From contig CAVVAC010000003.1 in NCBI GenBank assembly GCA_963746145.1, positions 1,124,557 through 1,188,556 of the forward strand: 64,000 nt of DNA, written 5' to 3'. The notes beneath the pieces are model-generated. The model did not search any database, was not told the DNA's origin, and worked only from the letters and a program-made list of their open reading frames with translations. This stretch comes from an uncultured Actinomycetes bacterium (GTDB lineage Bacteria; Actinomycetota; Thermoleophilia; Solirubrobacterales; Solirubrobacteraceae). Shown one piece after another: positions 17,650 through 26,963 of the stretch. The position numbers and the translations under genes were made by a program. Numbering within the stretch: the first letter of the stretch is position 1; each line of letters begins with the position of its first letter.

Positions 17650-18543
17650 CTAGGCGGCGCCCTGGAGCTGGGACTCGAAACGGCTGAGCGCCGCCAGCCG
17701 CTGCTCCAGCGGCGGATGCGTCGAGAACAGGTTCGAGAGCGACTGCTTCGCGCGCGGCGGGAAGATGTAGAAGGCGGCCATCTCGCCGGAGGCGCGCAGG
17801 TCGCGCTGGGGGATCCGCTCCATCGTGCCGCTGATCTTCATCAGCGCCGAGGCGAGCGCGCTCGGGCGCCCGGTGATGATCGCCGAGCCGCGGTCGGCGG
17901 CGAACTCGCGGTAGCGCGAGAGCGCCTGCAGCAGCACGAACGAGATCACGTAGACGGCGACCGAGACGAGCAGCACGACGGCGAACGACGGCCCGTCGTC
18001 GTCGTCACCGGACATGCCGCCCCCGAAGAAGAAGCCGAACTGGACGATGTAGGCGGCGACGCTCGCGAAGAAGCTCGCGATCGTCATCACCATCACGTCG
18101 CGGTTCTGCACGTGCGTCAGCTCGTGCGCCATCACGCCCTCGAGCTCGGCGGGGGAGAGCAGCTCCATGATCCCGGTCGTCGCGCAGACGGTCGCCTTCT
18201 TCGGCGAGCGGCCGATCGCGAAGGCGTTGGGCATCGGCGTGTTCGCGACCGCGACGCGGGGCTTGGGCAGGTTCGCCTGCACGCACAGGCGCTCCACCAT
18301 CGCGTGCAGCTGCGGCGCCTCCTGCGGCGTCACCTCGCGCGCGCCCATCGCATGCAGCGCGAGCTTGTCCGAGGCGAACAGCTGGAACAGGAACATGCCG
18401 CCGACGACGAACAGCAGGAACGGCATCTTGGCGGCGATCACCACGCCGACGAGCACGGCGTAGACGAGGCCGAGCAGGAACATGGTGAGCGTCATCCGGA
18501 GTTGGAGTCCGGTGTCGCGGCCGAACGAGGTCGGGCGGGGCAT
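17650..18543 (-). CDS. htpX: Zinc metalloprotease HtpX (M48)
   Basis: PNAFA.GR, ELEGVMAHELTHV (HExxH), LSRYREFAADRG, FSTHPPLEQR. Confidence 0.95.
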   Translation of the reverse strand: MPRPTSFGRDTGLQLRMTLTMFLLGLVYAVLVGVVIAAKMPFLLFVVGGMFLFQLFASDKLALHAMGAREVTPQEAPQLHAMVERLCVQANLPKPRVAVANTPMPNAFAIGRSPKKATVCATTGIMELLSPAELEGVMAHELTHVQNRDVMVMTIASFFASVAAYIVQFGFFFGGGMSGDDDDGPSFAVVLLVSVAVYVISFVLLQALSRYREFAADRGSAIITGRPSALASALMKISGTMERIPQRDLRASGEMAAFYIFPPRAKQSLSNLFSTHPPLEQRLAALSRFESQLQGAA

Positions 18544-18628
18544 GGTGGCGATCCTCCTGGGGATTCAGATACCAGGACTGATCATGGCAGACCAGCTGAG
18601 CCGGGCGTAAAGGCCGCGGCGCTACGCG

Positions 18629-19342
18629 TTAGGCCAGCGGACGCGGTTCGCCCCAGGCGAGCGTGCTGTCGTCCTGCGAGGCGGAGCCGAAGACGTCGTC
18701 GAGCAGCTCGTGCGGGTCGCGCACGCCGAGCTGGTCGCGCAGGTGGCGCTCGACGTCGGCGCGCGAGGAGCCGCCGACGGCCATCTCGATCGCGACGAGA
18801 CGGGCGGCGCTGGGGACGTCGGCGGCCGGCGCTTCGTACGCGGGCTGGGAGTGCCCGTTCGCGGGCTCGGGCTCCGTGCGGCTCCACGTCGGCTCGGGCT
18901 CGCGCGGCGCCGGCGGGGGTGGCTCGGGCGCCGCCGGGGGAGCCGTGTCCGCGGCTGCTGCGGGCGCGGCGGCAGCGGCGGGCGGCGCCGGCCAGGGCGT
19001 GCGCGGCAGCTCCCGCGCGGCATCCTCGTCGGCGCGGCGCAGCTCCTGCGTCAGCGCGCCGGCGGCGTCGGACAGCTCGTCGGCGAGCCGCCGTGCGGCG
19101 CTGCTGAGCGCCTCCAGCCGGGCGGAGCGGGCGGCGGTCTCGGCGTCGACGTGCAGACGGGCGGCGGCGAGGTAGCGACGGACCTCCTCCTCGGCGCTGC
19201 GGCGCTGCTCGGCGATCGCGCGCTCGGCGGCCTGCGCCTCGCGCTCGGCGGCATGCACGATCGCCTCGACACGCGACGCGATGTCGCCGCTGAGTGGGCT
19301 TCCTGCCCGGTGCTCGGTGCTGTCGTGCTCGTGGGCTCCCAT
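18629..19342 (-). CDS. Hypothetical protein (coiled coil, Pro/Ala linker, small C-terminal helical domain)
   Basis: Ala/Glu/Arg-rich helix, low-complexity linker, ARLVAIEMAVGG..R..VE..L....G...P..LLDDVF tail. Confidence 0.7.
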   Translation of the reverse strand: MGAHEHDSTEHRAGSPLSGDIASRVEAIVHAAEREAQAAERAIAEQRRSAEEEVRRYLAAARLHVDAETAARSARLEALSSAARRLADELSDAAGALTQELRRADEDAARELPRTPWPAPPAAAAAPAAAADTAPPAAPEPPPPAPREPEPTWSRTEPEPANGHSQPAYEAPAADVPSAARLVAIEMAVGGSSRADVERHLRDQLGVRDPHELLDDVFGSASQDDSTLAWGEPRPLA

Positions 19343-19413
19343 GCCTCTGTGTCACGAGATTACACAGCGCTGCGGAAAAAGCCCAGCACGCGGGCGGCTT
19401 TTGGTAGCCTGAT

Positions 19414-19540
19414 CGGGCCGAATCTTCCGCATGCGTGCGGGAGAGCGGGGGACCCATCCAGTCCCCACGGGGCGAATCGCGATCTGGTGATCGCGTAGCG
19501 CGACGCGCGAGCCCGACAGCTAACCCCGCAGGCGCACCGA
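19414..19540 (+). promoter_or_regulatory. c-di-AMP (ydaO/yuaA) riboswitch 2
   Basis: GGCCGAATC...GCGGGGGACCCA...CGGGGCGAATC...GAGCCCGACAGCTAACCCCGCAGGC; -10 TAGCCT 19405-19410; lies upstream of an M23 peptidase. Confidence 0.92.
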
Positions 19541-19568
19541 CATGCGATCCATAACACTGAACCTGAGG

Positions 19569-19598
19569 TTGACCCTCATGCAGGGTCCCGCCTAGACT
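19569..19598 (+). promoter_or_regulatory. Second promoter candidate downstream of riboswitch 2
   Basis: TTGACC (19569-19574), 18 nt, TAGACT (19593-19598), 11 nt before ATG 19610. Confidence 0.55.
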
Positions 19599-19609
19599 CG
19601 CGCGCCGGC

Positions 19610-20812
19610 ATGCGTATCCGGATCCTGCTCGTCGCCCTCGCCGTGCCGCTCGCCCTCTGGGTGGCGCTTCCGCTCGTCTCCAGCGCGGAGCCGCAGGCGA
19701 CCGTCAGCTCGCTGCAGGGCCGCATCGACGCCAAGCAGCAGAAGCTCCAGCACGTCAACGGCACGGCGCACGTGCTCTCGACGCAGGTCTCGGGCCTGAC
19801 GCAGAGGATCGACGGCCTCCAGGGCACGATCACCACGCTACAGCGGCGCGAGAACGGGATCCAGTCCGACCTCGACGCCAAGCGCCGCGAGCTGGCGCGC
19901 ACGCAGGTCGTGCTGCGGCGCGTGCGGGCGCACCTGGCCGCGCTGCGGATGCGCCTGCGCCATGGCCGCACGGTCCTCGCGCAGCGGCTCGTCGAGCTCT
20001 ACAAGTCCGACCAGCCGGACCTCGTGACCGTCGTGCTCAACTCCGACGGCTTCGCCGACCTGCTGGAGAACGGCGCCTACCTGCGCCGCATCGGCCAGCA
20101 GGACCGCGACATCATCACCGCCGTCAGCGCGGCGAAGACCGAGGCCGCCTCCGCCGAGCGCCAGCTCGGCACGCTCGAGCAGCGCCAGCAGACGATCGCG
20201 GCGGAGATCTATGCGCGCCGCAACGCGGTCGCGCGCGTGCGCCTGTCGGTGCAGGGCAAGCGCGACAGCATCGACCGCGTGCGCGGCACCAAGCAGCAGC
20301 TGCTGAGCACGGTGCGTCAGAGCGCGCACGAGATCAACGAGGACATCGCGGCGCTGCAGAGCCAGCAGGCGTCGATCCAGGCGAAGCTGCTCGCGGCCCA
20401 GGGTGGCACGATCATCCCGGCCGGCCCGATCCGCGGCGGCGGACGCTTCATCTGGCCGGTCAACGGTCCGATCACCTCACCCTTCTGCGAGCGCCGCGCC
20501 TGGGAGGCCTGCCACCCGGGCATCGACATCGGCGTGCCGTCCGGGACGCAGATCCGGGCCGCCGGCAGCGGCACCGTCGCGATCGCCGGCTGGGTCAGCG
20601 GCTACGGCAACTACACCTGCATCGACCACGGCGGCGGGATCTCCACCTGCTACGGCCATCAGTCGCAGATCGAGGTCAGCGTCGGCCAGTCGGTCACGCA
20701 GGGCCAGATCATCGGCCTCAGCGGCTGCACCGGTCTCTGCTTCGGCCCGCACCTGCACTTCGAGGTGCGCATCGGCGGCGTGGTCACCAACCCGCTCAAC
20801 TACCTCGGCTGA
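19610..20812 (+). CDS. Coiled-coil (PcsB/EnvC-like) plus M23 peptidase
   Basis: Signal peptide, long coiled coil, HPGID (HxxxD), YGH, HLHFE (HxH), NPLNYL. Confidence 0.92.
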   Translation: MRIRILLVALAVPLALWVALPLVSSAEPQATVSSLQGRIDAKQQKLQHVNGTAHVLSTQVSGLTQRIDGLQGTITTLQRRENGIQSDLDAKRRELARTQVVLRRVRAHLAALRMRLRHGRTVLAQRLVELYKSDQPDLVTVVLNSDGFADLLENGAYLRRIGQQDRDIITAVSAAKTEAASAERQLGTLEQRQQTIAAEIYARRNAVARVRLSVQGKRDSIDRVRGTKQQLLSTVRQSAHEINEDIAALQSQQASIQAKLLAAQGGTIIPAGPIRGGGRFIWPVNGPITSPFCERRAWEACHPGIDIGVPSGTQIRAAGSGTVAIAGWVSGYGNYTCIDHGGGISTCYGHQSQIEVSVGQSVTQGQIIGLSGCTGLCFGPHLHFEVRIGGVVTNPLNYLG

Positions 20813-20854
20813 TGCGACGGCCAACCCGCCCACCCGGGCGCTAGGCTCCCGTTC

Positions 20855-21658
20855 GTGCTGAAGCAGATCGACGTCCTCGGCCTGCACCTGCAGACGTTCG
20901 GGATCTTCTTCGCGCTCAACTTCCTCGCCTGGGCGGCGCTCGTCGCGCGGCGGCTGCACGAGCTGCGCCGCCCGATCGACTGGGCCTACGAGATCCTCTT
21001 CGCGGCGCTGATCGGCGGGCTCGTCGGCGCCCGCGCGTACTACGTGATCCAGAACTACGACGCGGTCAAGGACGACCTGCTCGGCAACATCTTCTCCGGC
21101 TCCGGGCTCGTCTGGTACGGCGGGCTGATCGGCGGTGTGATCGCGGTGCTGGCGTGGGCGCGCTGGCGCAACTTCCTCACGCTCGCGCTGATCGACCTCG
21201 CCGGGCCGGGGCTCGCGCTCGGCTACGCGATCGGACGGATCGGCTGCCAGGTCTCGGGCGACGGCGACTACGGCAAGGCCTCCGACCTGCCGTGGGCGAT
21301 GGGCTACCCGCACGGCGCGGTGCCGACCGCCCCGGGCGTGACGGTGCAGCCGACGCCGCTGTACGAGACGCTCTCGATGGGATTGCTCGCGCTCGTGCTG
21401 TGGCGGCTGCGCGACGCGGTGCGCCCGGGCGCGCTGTTCGGGCTCTACGCCGTCGGCGCCGGGCTCGAGCGCTTCCTGGTCGAGTTCGCGCGCCGCAACG
21501 AGCACGTCGTGGGCTTCCTCACCGCCGCTCAGATCGAGAGCCTGCTGCTGCTGGCGGGCGGGCTCGCGTGGCTGATCGTGCTGTACCGCCGCCATGGCAC
21601 GCTGCGCGCCGAGGGGCACGCCGCGCCGGGCGGCCGCGCGCGCCCTGCGACCGCCTAG
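20855..21658 (+). CDS. lgt: Prolipoprotein diacylglyceryl transferase
   Basis: GLVGAR..YV, GLVWYGGLIGG, YAIGRIGC...GD.DYG, QPTPLYE, RF.VEF.R. Confidence 0.92.
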   Translation: MLKQIDVLGLHLQTFGIFFALNFLAWAALVARRLHELRRPIDWAYEILFAALIGGLVGARAYYVIQNYDAVKDDLLGNIFSGSGLVWYGGLIGGVIAVLAWARWRNFLTLALIDLAGPGLALGYAIGRIGCQVSGDGDYGKASDLPWAMGYPHGAVPTAPGVTVQPTPLYETLSMGLLALVLWRLRDAVRPGALFGLYAVGAGLERFLVEFARRNEHVVGFLTAAQIESLLLLAGGLAWLIVLYRRHGTLRAEGHAAPGGRARPATA

Positions 21659-21739
21659 GAGCGACCTCCCCACTTGCAGTCGTCCGGCGCATCCGCAAGA
21701 GTTGCGCCAGGTCAACTCTCGGGGGAAGCGGGGGACGCA

Positions 21740-22516
21740 GTGCGCTCACGGAAGGCGTTCATGGCCGGCATCGGCACCACGGGTGCGTTGCTGGCGGCGA
21801 CGATCTGCATGTTTGCGGTCGTTTCGGCGATGGTGGCGTTCGACGGCTGGCCCAGTCTGCGGCTCGGGCGCGAGGCGACGACGCTAGACGACAGTGCGAC
21901 GGCGATCGCGCCGACCGCCGAGCACGTCGCGGACGGAGCGGCGACGCATGGCGCTCGCGGCGCCGCGGTCGCGCACCGACGGCCGGCGCACGCGCCGCGC
22001 GGGGCCATCGAAGGCACGCATGCCGCGCAGCAGCTCGCGGAGGCGCCCCCGCGCGCGACCGCGCGCGAGCATGCGGACCGCGACGGCACGCCCGCGCCCG
22101 CGCCCGCGAGCCGATCCGCCGCCAGTGACGACGCGGCGCCGCTCCCCGCAGATGCGCCGCCGACGGCGCAGGCGCCGGCGACGCCCGCGCAGCAGCCGCC
22201 CGCGGGCGGCGACACGCCTGCCGCGCCGCCGCCCGCGGCCGGCGGGCTCCCGCAGGCGGTCGGGCAGGTCGGCGCCGGCGCGGGCACCGTCGTGACGCAG
22301 CTCGGTGCGAGCACCGGCGCCGTCGTCGCCGGCACGACCGGGCAGCTGGGGGCGGTCGTCGGTCAGGTCAGCCCCGCGCTCGGGCAGACGGTCGTGCAGA
22401 CGGGCCAGACCGTCGCCGGGACGGTCGGCGCCACGACCGGTGCGGTCGGGCAGACGGTCGCGGGCACGACCGGCCTCGTCGGCGGGCTGCTCGGAGGGCT
22501 CGGTCACCGTCGCTAG
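21740..22516 (+). CDS. Hypothetical membrane-anchored low-complexity protein
   Basis: N-terminal hydrophobic segment, Ala/Pro linker, Gly/Thr/Val-rich roughly 11-mer repeats at the C-terminus. Confidence 0.6.
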   Translation: MRSRKAFMAGIGTTGALLAATICMFAVVSAMVAFDGWPSLRLGREATTLDDSATAIAPTAEHVADGAATHGARGAAVAHRRPAHAPRGAIEGTHAAQQLAEAPPRATAREHADRDGTPAPAPASRSAASDDAAPLPADAPPTAQAPATPAQQPPAGGDTPAAPPPAAGGLPQAVGQVGAGAGTVVTQLGASTGAVVAGTTGQLGAVVGQVSPALGQTVVQTGQTVAGTVGATTGAVGQTVAGTTGLVGGLLGGLGHRR

Positions 22517-22566
22517 CCACGCTCGCGCCGAGCCGGCCACTCGTGAGCCGGCATAATCCCGCGGCG

Positions 22567-23835
22567 ATGGCCGCAATCCAGGAGCTCTCGCAGGTCCTCC
22601 CGCTCGGCAGCCGCGTCGACGCGCGCGGCCACCTCGAGGTGGGGGGCTGCGACACGGTCGAGCTGGCGCGCGAGTTCGGCACGCCCGCGTTCGTCGTCGC
22701 CGAGGACGACCTGCGCGCGCGGGCGCGCGCCTTCGTCGAGGCGCTGCGCGCGCGCCACGAGGACTTCGACGTGCTGTTCGCCTCCAAGGCGTTCCCGTGC
22801 ACGGCCGTCTACCGCGTGCTCGCGGAGGAGGGGCTCGCCTGCGACGTCGCCTCCGGGGGCGAGCTGCACCTGGCGCTGCGCGGCGGCTTCGACCCGGCGC
22901 GCATCTATCTGCACGGCAACGCGAAGTCGCTCGCGGAGCTGGGCGAGGCGCTCGACGCGGGCGTCGGGCACGTCGTGCTCGACTCCTGCGACGATCTCGA
23001 GCGGCTGGAGCGCGTTGCGAGCGAGCGCGGGGTGCGCCAGCGCGTCCTGCTGCGCGTCACGCCCGGCGTCGCCGGCGACACGCACGCGAAGATCTCGACC
23101 GGCCAGGCCGACTCGAAGTTCGGCTTTGGTCTCGACGACGCGCGCGCGGCGATCGCGCGGCTCGGCGGCTCCGACGCGCTGGAGCTGGTCGGCCTGCACA
23201 TGCACATCGGCTCGCAGCTGCTCGCGCTCGACGCCTACCGGCCTGCGATCGAGGCGCTGGCAACGCTCGGCGACTTCCCGGTCTACAACTTCGGCGGCGG
23301 GCTCGGGGTCGCCTACACGAGCGCGCAGCGGCCGCCGAGCATCGAGGACTACGTCGAGGCCAACGTGCGCGCACTGCACGAGCTGCTCGGCGCCGACAAG
23401 CGGCTGCTGCTGGAGCCGGGCCGCTCGCTCGTCGCGCAGGCGGGCGTCACGCTCTACACGGTCGAGACGGTCAAGCGCAACCTCTCGACATGGGTCGCGG
23501 TCGACGGCGGCATGTCCGACAACCTGCGCCCGATGCTCTACGGCTCGGTCTACGAGGCGCTGCTGGCCGACCGCGTCGACGCGGTCCCCAGGGAGCGCTG
23601 CCACGTCGCCGGCAAGCACTGCGAGTCGGGCGACGCGATCGTGCGCGACGCGCTGCTGCCCGACCCGCGCCCGGGCGACGTGCTCGTGACGCCCGTCACC
23701 GGCGCCTATGGCCACGCGATGGCGAACAACTACAACGGCATCCCGCGCCCGCCGGTGATCTTCTGCAAGGACGGCGACGCGCGCGTCGTCGTGCGGCGCG
23801 AGACCTACGAGGACCTGACCCACCGCGATGTCTGA
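22567..23835 (+). CDS. lysA: Diaminopimelate decarboxylase
   Basis: FASKAF (PLP Lys), HGNAKS, DSKFG, HIGSQ, GGGLG, EPGRS, GKHCESGD, TGAYGH.MANNYN; CATAAT 9 nt before ATG 22567. Confidence 0.96.
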   Translation: MAAIQELSQVLPLGSRVDARGHLEVGGCDTVELAREFGTPAFVVAEDDLRARARAFVEALRARHEDFDVLFASKAFPCTAVYRVLAEEGLACDVASGGELHLALRGGFDPARIYLHGNAKSLAELGEALDAGVGHVVLDSCDDLERLERVASERGVRQRVLLRVTPGVAGDTHAKISTGQADSKFGFGLDDARAAIARLGGSDALELVGLHMHIGSQLLALDAYRPAIEALATLGDFPVYNFGGGLGVAYTSAQRPPSIEDYVEANVRALHELLGADKRLLLEPGRSLVAQAGVTLYTVETVKRNLSTWVAVDGGMSDNLRPMLYGSVYEALLADRVDAVPRERCHVAGKHCESGDAIVRDALLPDPRPGDVLVTPVTGAYGHAMANNYNGIPRPPVIFCKDGDARVVVRRETYEDLTHRDV

Positions 23836-25054
23836 CCGAGCCTTCCGCATCGGTCTGCTCGGGCACGGCACGGTCGGCGGCGCCTTCGCCGAGCTGCTGC
23901 CGCAGCGCGCCGCGCGGATCGCCGCGCTGACGGGCCTGCGGCCCGAGGTCGTCGGCGTGCTCACGCGCTCACGCGGGGACTTCGACGAGCTGCTCGCCGG
24001 CTGCGACATGGTCGTCGAGCTGATCGGCGGGATCGAGCCCGCGCGCGACTACGTGACGCGCGCGATGCGCGCCGGCAAGCACGTCGTGACGGCCAACAAG
24101 CAGCTGCTCTCCCAGCATGGCGAGGAGCTGTGGGCGCTCGCGCGCGAGCAGGGCGTGCAGCTGCGCTTCGAGGCCGCCGTGGCGGGCGTCGTGCCCGTCA
24201 TTCGCGTGCTGCAGGAGTCGCTCGCGGCCGCCCACGTCGAGCGCATCCACGGGATCGTCAACGGCACGACCAACTACATCCTCTCCGAGATGGCGCGCAC
24301 CGGCGCCTCCTACGCGGACGCGCTCGCGCAGGCGCAGCAGCTCGGCTACGCCGAGGCCGACCCGAGCGACGACGTCAACGGCACGGACGCGGCCGCGAAG
24401 ATGGCGATCCTCGCGCGGCTCGCGTTCGACACGCCGGTCCACCTCGACCAGGTCGTCTTCGAGGGGATCGAGCGGATCGCCCCGGACGACCTCGAATACG
24501 CGCGCGAGCTGGGGTTGGGGCTGAAGCTGATCGGCACCGCCGAGCGCGTCGAGGGCGGGCTGTCGGTGCGCGTGCATCCGGCCTTCCTCTACCCAGGCCA
24601 CCCGCTCGCGTCCGTCAGCGGCCCCTTCAACGCCGTCACGGTCGAGTCCGACGCGATCACCGAGATCACGATGTCGGGCCCGGGCGCGGGCGGCCCGCAG
24701 ACGGCCAGCGCCGTGCTCGGCGACGTCATCAGCGCGATGATCCCGCCGGCCTCGACGCCCGAGACGCAGGAGTCGCTCGCGATCGTCACCGACGTCGTCT
24801 CGGCCTTCTACCTGCACCTCGAGGTGACCGACGTGCCGGGCGTGCTCGCGCGCGTGGCCGGCGTGCTCGGCGAGCACGGGATCTCCGTCAAGTCGGTCGT
24901 GCAGAAGGGCCTCGGCGACAACGCGCGGCTCGTGATGGTCGTGCACCCGGTGCTGGAGTCGCACTTCTTCGCGGCGACCGCGCAGCTCGCGACGCTCGAC
25001 GTGCTGCGCACCGCGCCGCGCGCGATCCGCGTGATCGAGGAGGAGTTCTCGTGA
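23828..25054 (+). CDS. hom: Homoserine dehydrogenase with ACT domain
   Basis: [62 protein letters not shown]. Confidence 0.96.
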   Translation: MSDRAFRIGLLGHGTVGGAFAELLPQRAARIAALTGLRPEVVGVLTRSRGDFDELLAGCDMVVELIGGIEPARDYVTRAMRAGKHVVTANKQLLSQHGEELWALAREQGVQLRFEAAVAGVVPVIRVLQESLAAAHVERIHGIVNGTTNYILSEMARTGASYADALAQAQQLGYAEADPSDDVNGTDAAAKMAILARLAFDTPVHLDQVVFEGIERIAPDDLEYARELGLGLKLIGTAERVEGGLSVRVHPAFLYPGHPLASVSGPFNAVTVESDAITEITMSGPGAGGPQTASAVLGDVISAMIPPASTPETQESLAIVTDVVSAFYLHLEVTDVPGVLARVAGVLGEHGISVKSVVQKGLGDNARLVMVVHPVLESHFFAATAQLATLDVLRTAPRAIRVIEEEFS

Positions 25055-26088
25055 ATCCGGACCCGGCCCACCCGGGGCTGATCGAGCGCTACCGCGACCG
25101 CCTGCCGTTCACCGACGGCGACCCGATCGTGACGCTCGGCGAGGGCTCGACGCCGCTCGTGCATGCACCCGCGCTGTCCGAGCGCGTCGGCGCGGAGGTG
25201 TGGCTGAAGCTGGAGGGCCTGAACCCGACCGGCTCGTTCAAGGATCGCGGCATGACGTGCGCCGTCTCCGCCGCCGTGCGCGAGGGCGCCAAGGCGGTCA
25301 TCTGCGCCTCCACCGGCAACACCTCGGCGAGCGCCGCCGCCTACGCCGCGCGCGCCGGCATCCGCTGCGCGGTGCTCGTGCCGGAGGGCAAGATCGCGAC
25401 GGGCAAGCTCGCGCAGACGCTGATGCACGGGGCGCGCGTGATCGTGCTGCGCGGCAACTTCGACCAGGCGCTCGCGATCGTGCGCGAGCTGGCCGAGCGC
25501 CACCCGATCTCGCTCGTCAACTCGGTCAACGAGTTCCGCGTGCAGGGCCAGAAGACGGCCGCCTTCGAGATCGTCGAGGCGCTGGGGGAGAGCAGCCCGC
25601 TGGAGGCGCTGTGCATCCCGGTCGGCAACGCCGGCAACATCTCCGCGTACTGGATGGGCTTCAAGGAGGTCGGCGCCGCGCCGCGCATGTTCGGCTTCCA
25701 GGCCGCCGGCGCCGCCCCGCTCGTGGAGGGCAGACCGGTCGCCAACCCGGAGACGGTCGCGAGTGCCATCCGCATCGGCAACCCGGCGCGCTGGGAGCAG
25801 GCGATGGATGCGATGACGTCCTCCCACGGCGGCGTGCAGGCCGTCACCGACGCGCAGATCCTCGACGCCTACCGCTTCCTCGCCGCGCGCGAGGGCGTCT
25901 TCTGCGAGCCGGCCTCGGCCGCCAGCGTCGCGGGGCTGCTGACGCACGGCGCGGGCGGCGCGCAGCGGATCGCGTGCGTGCTGACGGGGCACGGCCTCAA
26001 GGACCCGCAGACCGCGCTCGACCAGGCCGGCGCCGTCGTGCCGTGCGAGCCCGAGCTCGCGGCCGTCGAGCGCGCCGTGCTCGGGTAG
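25051..26088 (+). CDS. thrC: Threonine synthase
   Basis: [59 protein letters not shown]; GTGA overlap with hom. Confidence 0.96.
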   Translation: MNPDPAHPGLIERYRDRLPFTDGDPIVTLGEGSTPLVHAPALSERVGAEVWLKLEGLNPTGSFKDRGMTCAVSAAVREGAKAVICASTGNTSASAAAYAARAGIRCAVLVPEGKIATGKLAQTLMHGARVIVLRGNFDQALAIVRELAERHPISLVNSVNEFRVQGQKTAAFEIVEALGESSPLEALCIPVGNAGNISAYWMGFKEVGAAPRMFGFQAAGAAPLVEGRPVANPETVASAIRIGNPARWEQAMDAMTSSHGGVQAVTDAQILDAYRFLAAREGVFCEPASAASVAGLLTHGAGGAQRIACVLTGHGLKDPQTALDQAGAVVPCEPELAAVERAVLG

Positions 26089-26099
26089 GGTCGCTTCCC

Positions 26100-26951
26100 A
26101 TGGACCGTCGCCGGCTCGTGCGCGTGCCCGCCTCCTCGGCGAACCTCGGTCCCGGCTTCGACGTGCTCGCGGCGGCGCTCGCGCTGCACCTCGAGGTCGA
26201 GGTGCTCGAGACCGGCAGCTTCGCGGTCGAGACCGACCTCGACGTCGCGCGCGACCGCCGCAACCTCGTCGTGCGCGCGTTCGAGCGCCTGCATCCGGCC
26301 GACGGCTTCACCTTCCGCATCGGCTCGCAGATCCCGCTGTCCGGCGGGCTCGGGTCGAGCGCGGCCGCGATCGTCGCCGGCCTGACCGCGGCCGACCACC
26401 TGTTCGAGCTGGACGCGGACCTGTTCGCGCTCGCCTGCGAGCTGGAGGGTCATCCCGACAACGTCGCCGCGGCGCTGCACGGCGGCATCGCGATCTGCGC
26501 CGACGGCGGCGTCACGCGGCTCGACCCGCCGACCGGCCTGGAGGGCGTCCTGGTGGTCCCGCACGAGGCCGTGCGCACCACGCAGGCGCGCGCGGCGCTG
26601 CCGGCGCAGGTGCCGATGGCCGACGCCGTCCATAACGTCGCGCACGTCGCGCTGCTGACACTCGGGCTCGCGCGCGGCGACTGGGAGCTCGTCGCCCGCG
26701 GCCTCGACGACCGCCTGCACCAGCCGCACCGCGCGCACCTCTACCCGCGCTCGGCGCAGCTGATTGCAGACGCGCGCGAGCTGGGCGCGCTCGGCGCGAC
26801 GATCTCCGGCGCCGGGCCGAGCGTGCTCGTGTGGACCCACTTCGAGCAGACGGCGCTCGTGGCCCAGCGCCTGCGCGAGCAGAGCGACGGCTGGGCCGAC
26901 GTGCTGCGCGTCCCGTTCGAGACGCAGGGCGCGGACGTGCTGGAGGTCTGA
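26100..26951 (+). CDS. thrB: Homoserine kinase
   Basis: VPASSANLGPGFD, IPLSGGLGSSAAA, EGHPDNVAAAL.GG, D.LHQP.R, ISGAGPS. Confidence 0.96.
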   Translation: MDRRRLVRVPASSANLGPGFDVLAAALALHLEVEVLETGSFAVETDLDVARDRRNLVVRAFERLHPADGFTFRIGSQIPLSGGLGSSAAAIVAGLTAADHLFELDADLFALACELEGHPDNVAAALHGGIAICADGGVTRLDPPTGLEGVLVVPHEAVRTTQARAALPAQVPMADAVHNVAHVALLTLGLARGDWELVARGLDDRLHQPHRAHLYPRSAQLIADARELGALGATISGAGPSVLVWTHFEQTALVAQRLREQSDGWADVLRVPFETQGADVLEV

Positions 26952-26963
26952 GCGCGCGGGCGC

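Noticed and set aside
22250-22516. Tandem DNA repeat or CRISPR-like array in the GGGCAGACGGTC-rich tract
   Set aside because: Units are degenerate, in frame and encode a low-complexity protein tail; no constant repeat with unique spacers occurs anywhere in the window.
22517-22566. Lysine riboswitch or attenuator before lysA
   Set aside because: Spacer is about 50 nt and a -10 sits 9 nt from the start; no room for an aptamer.
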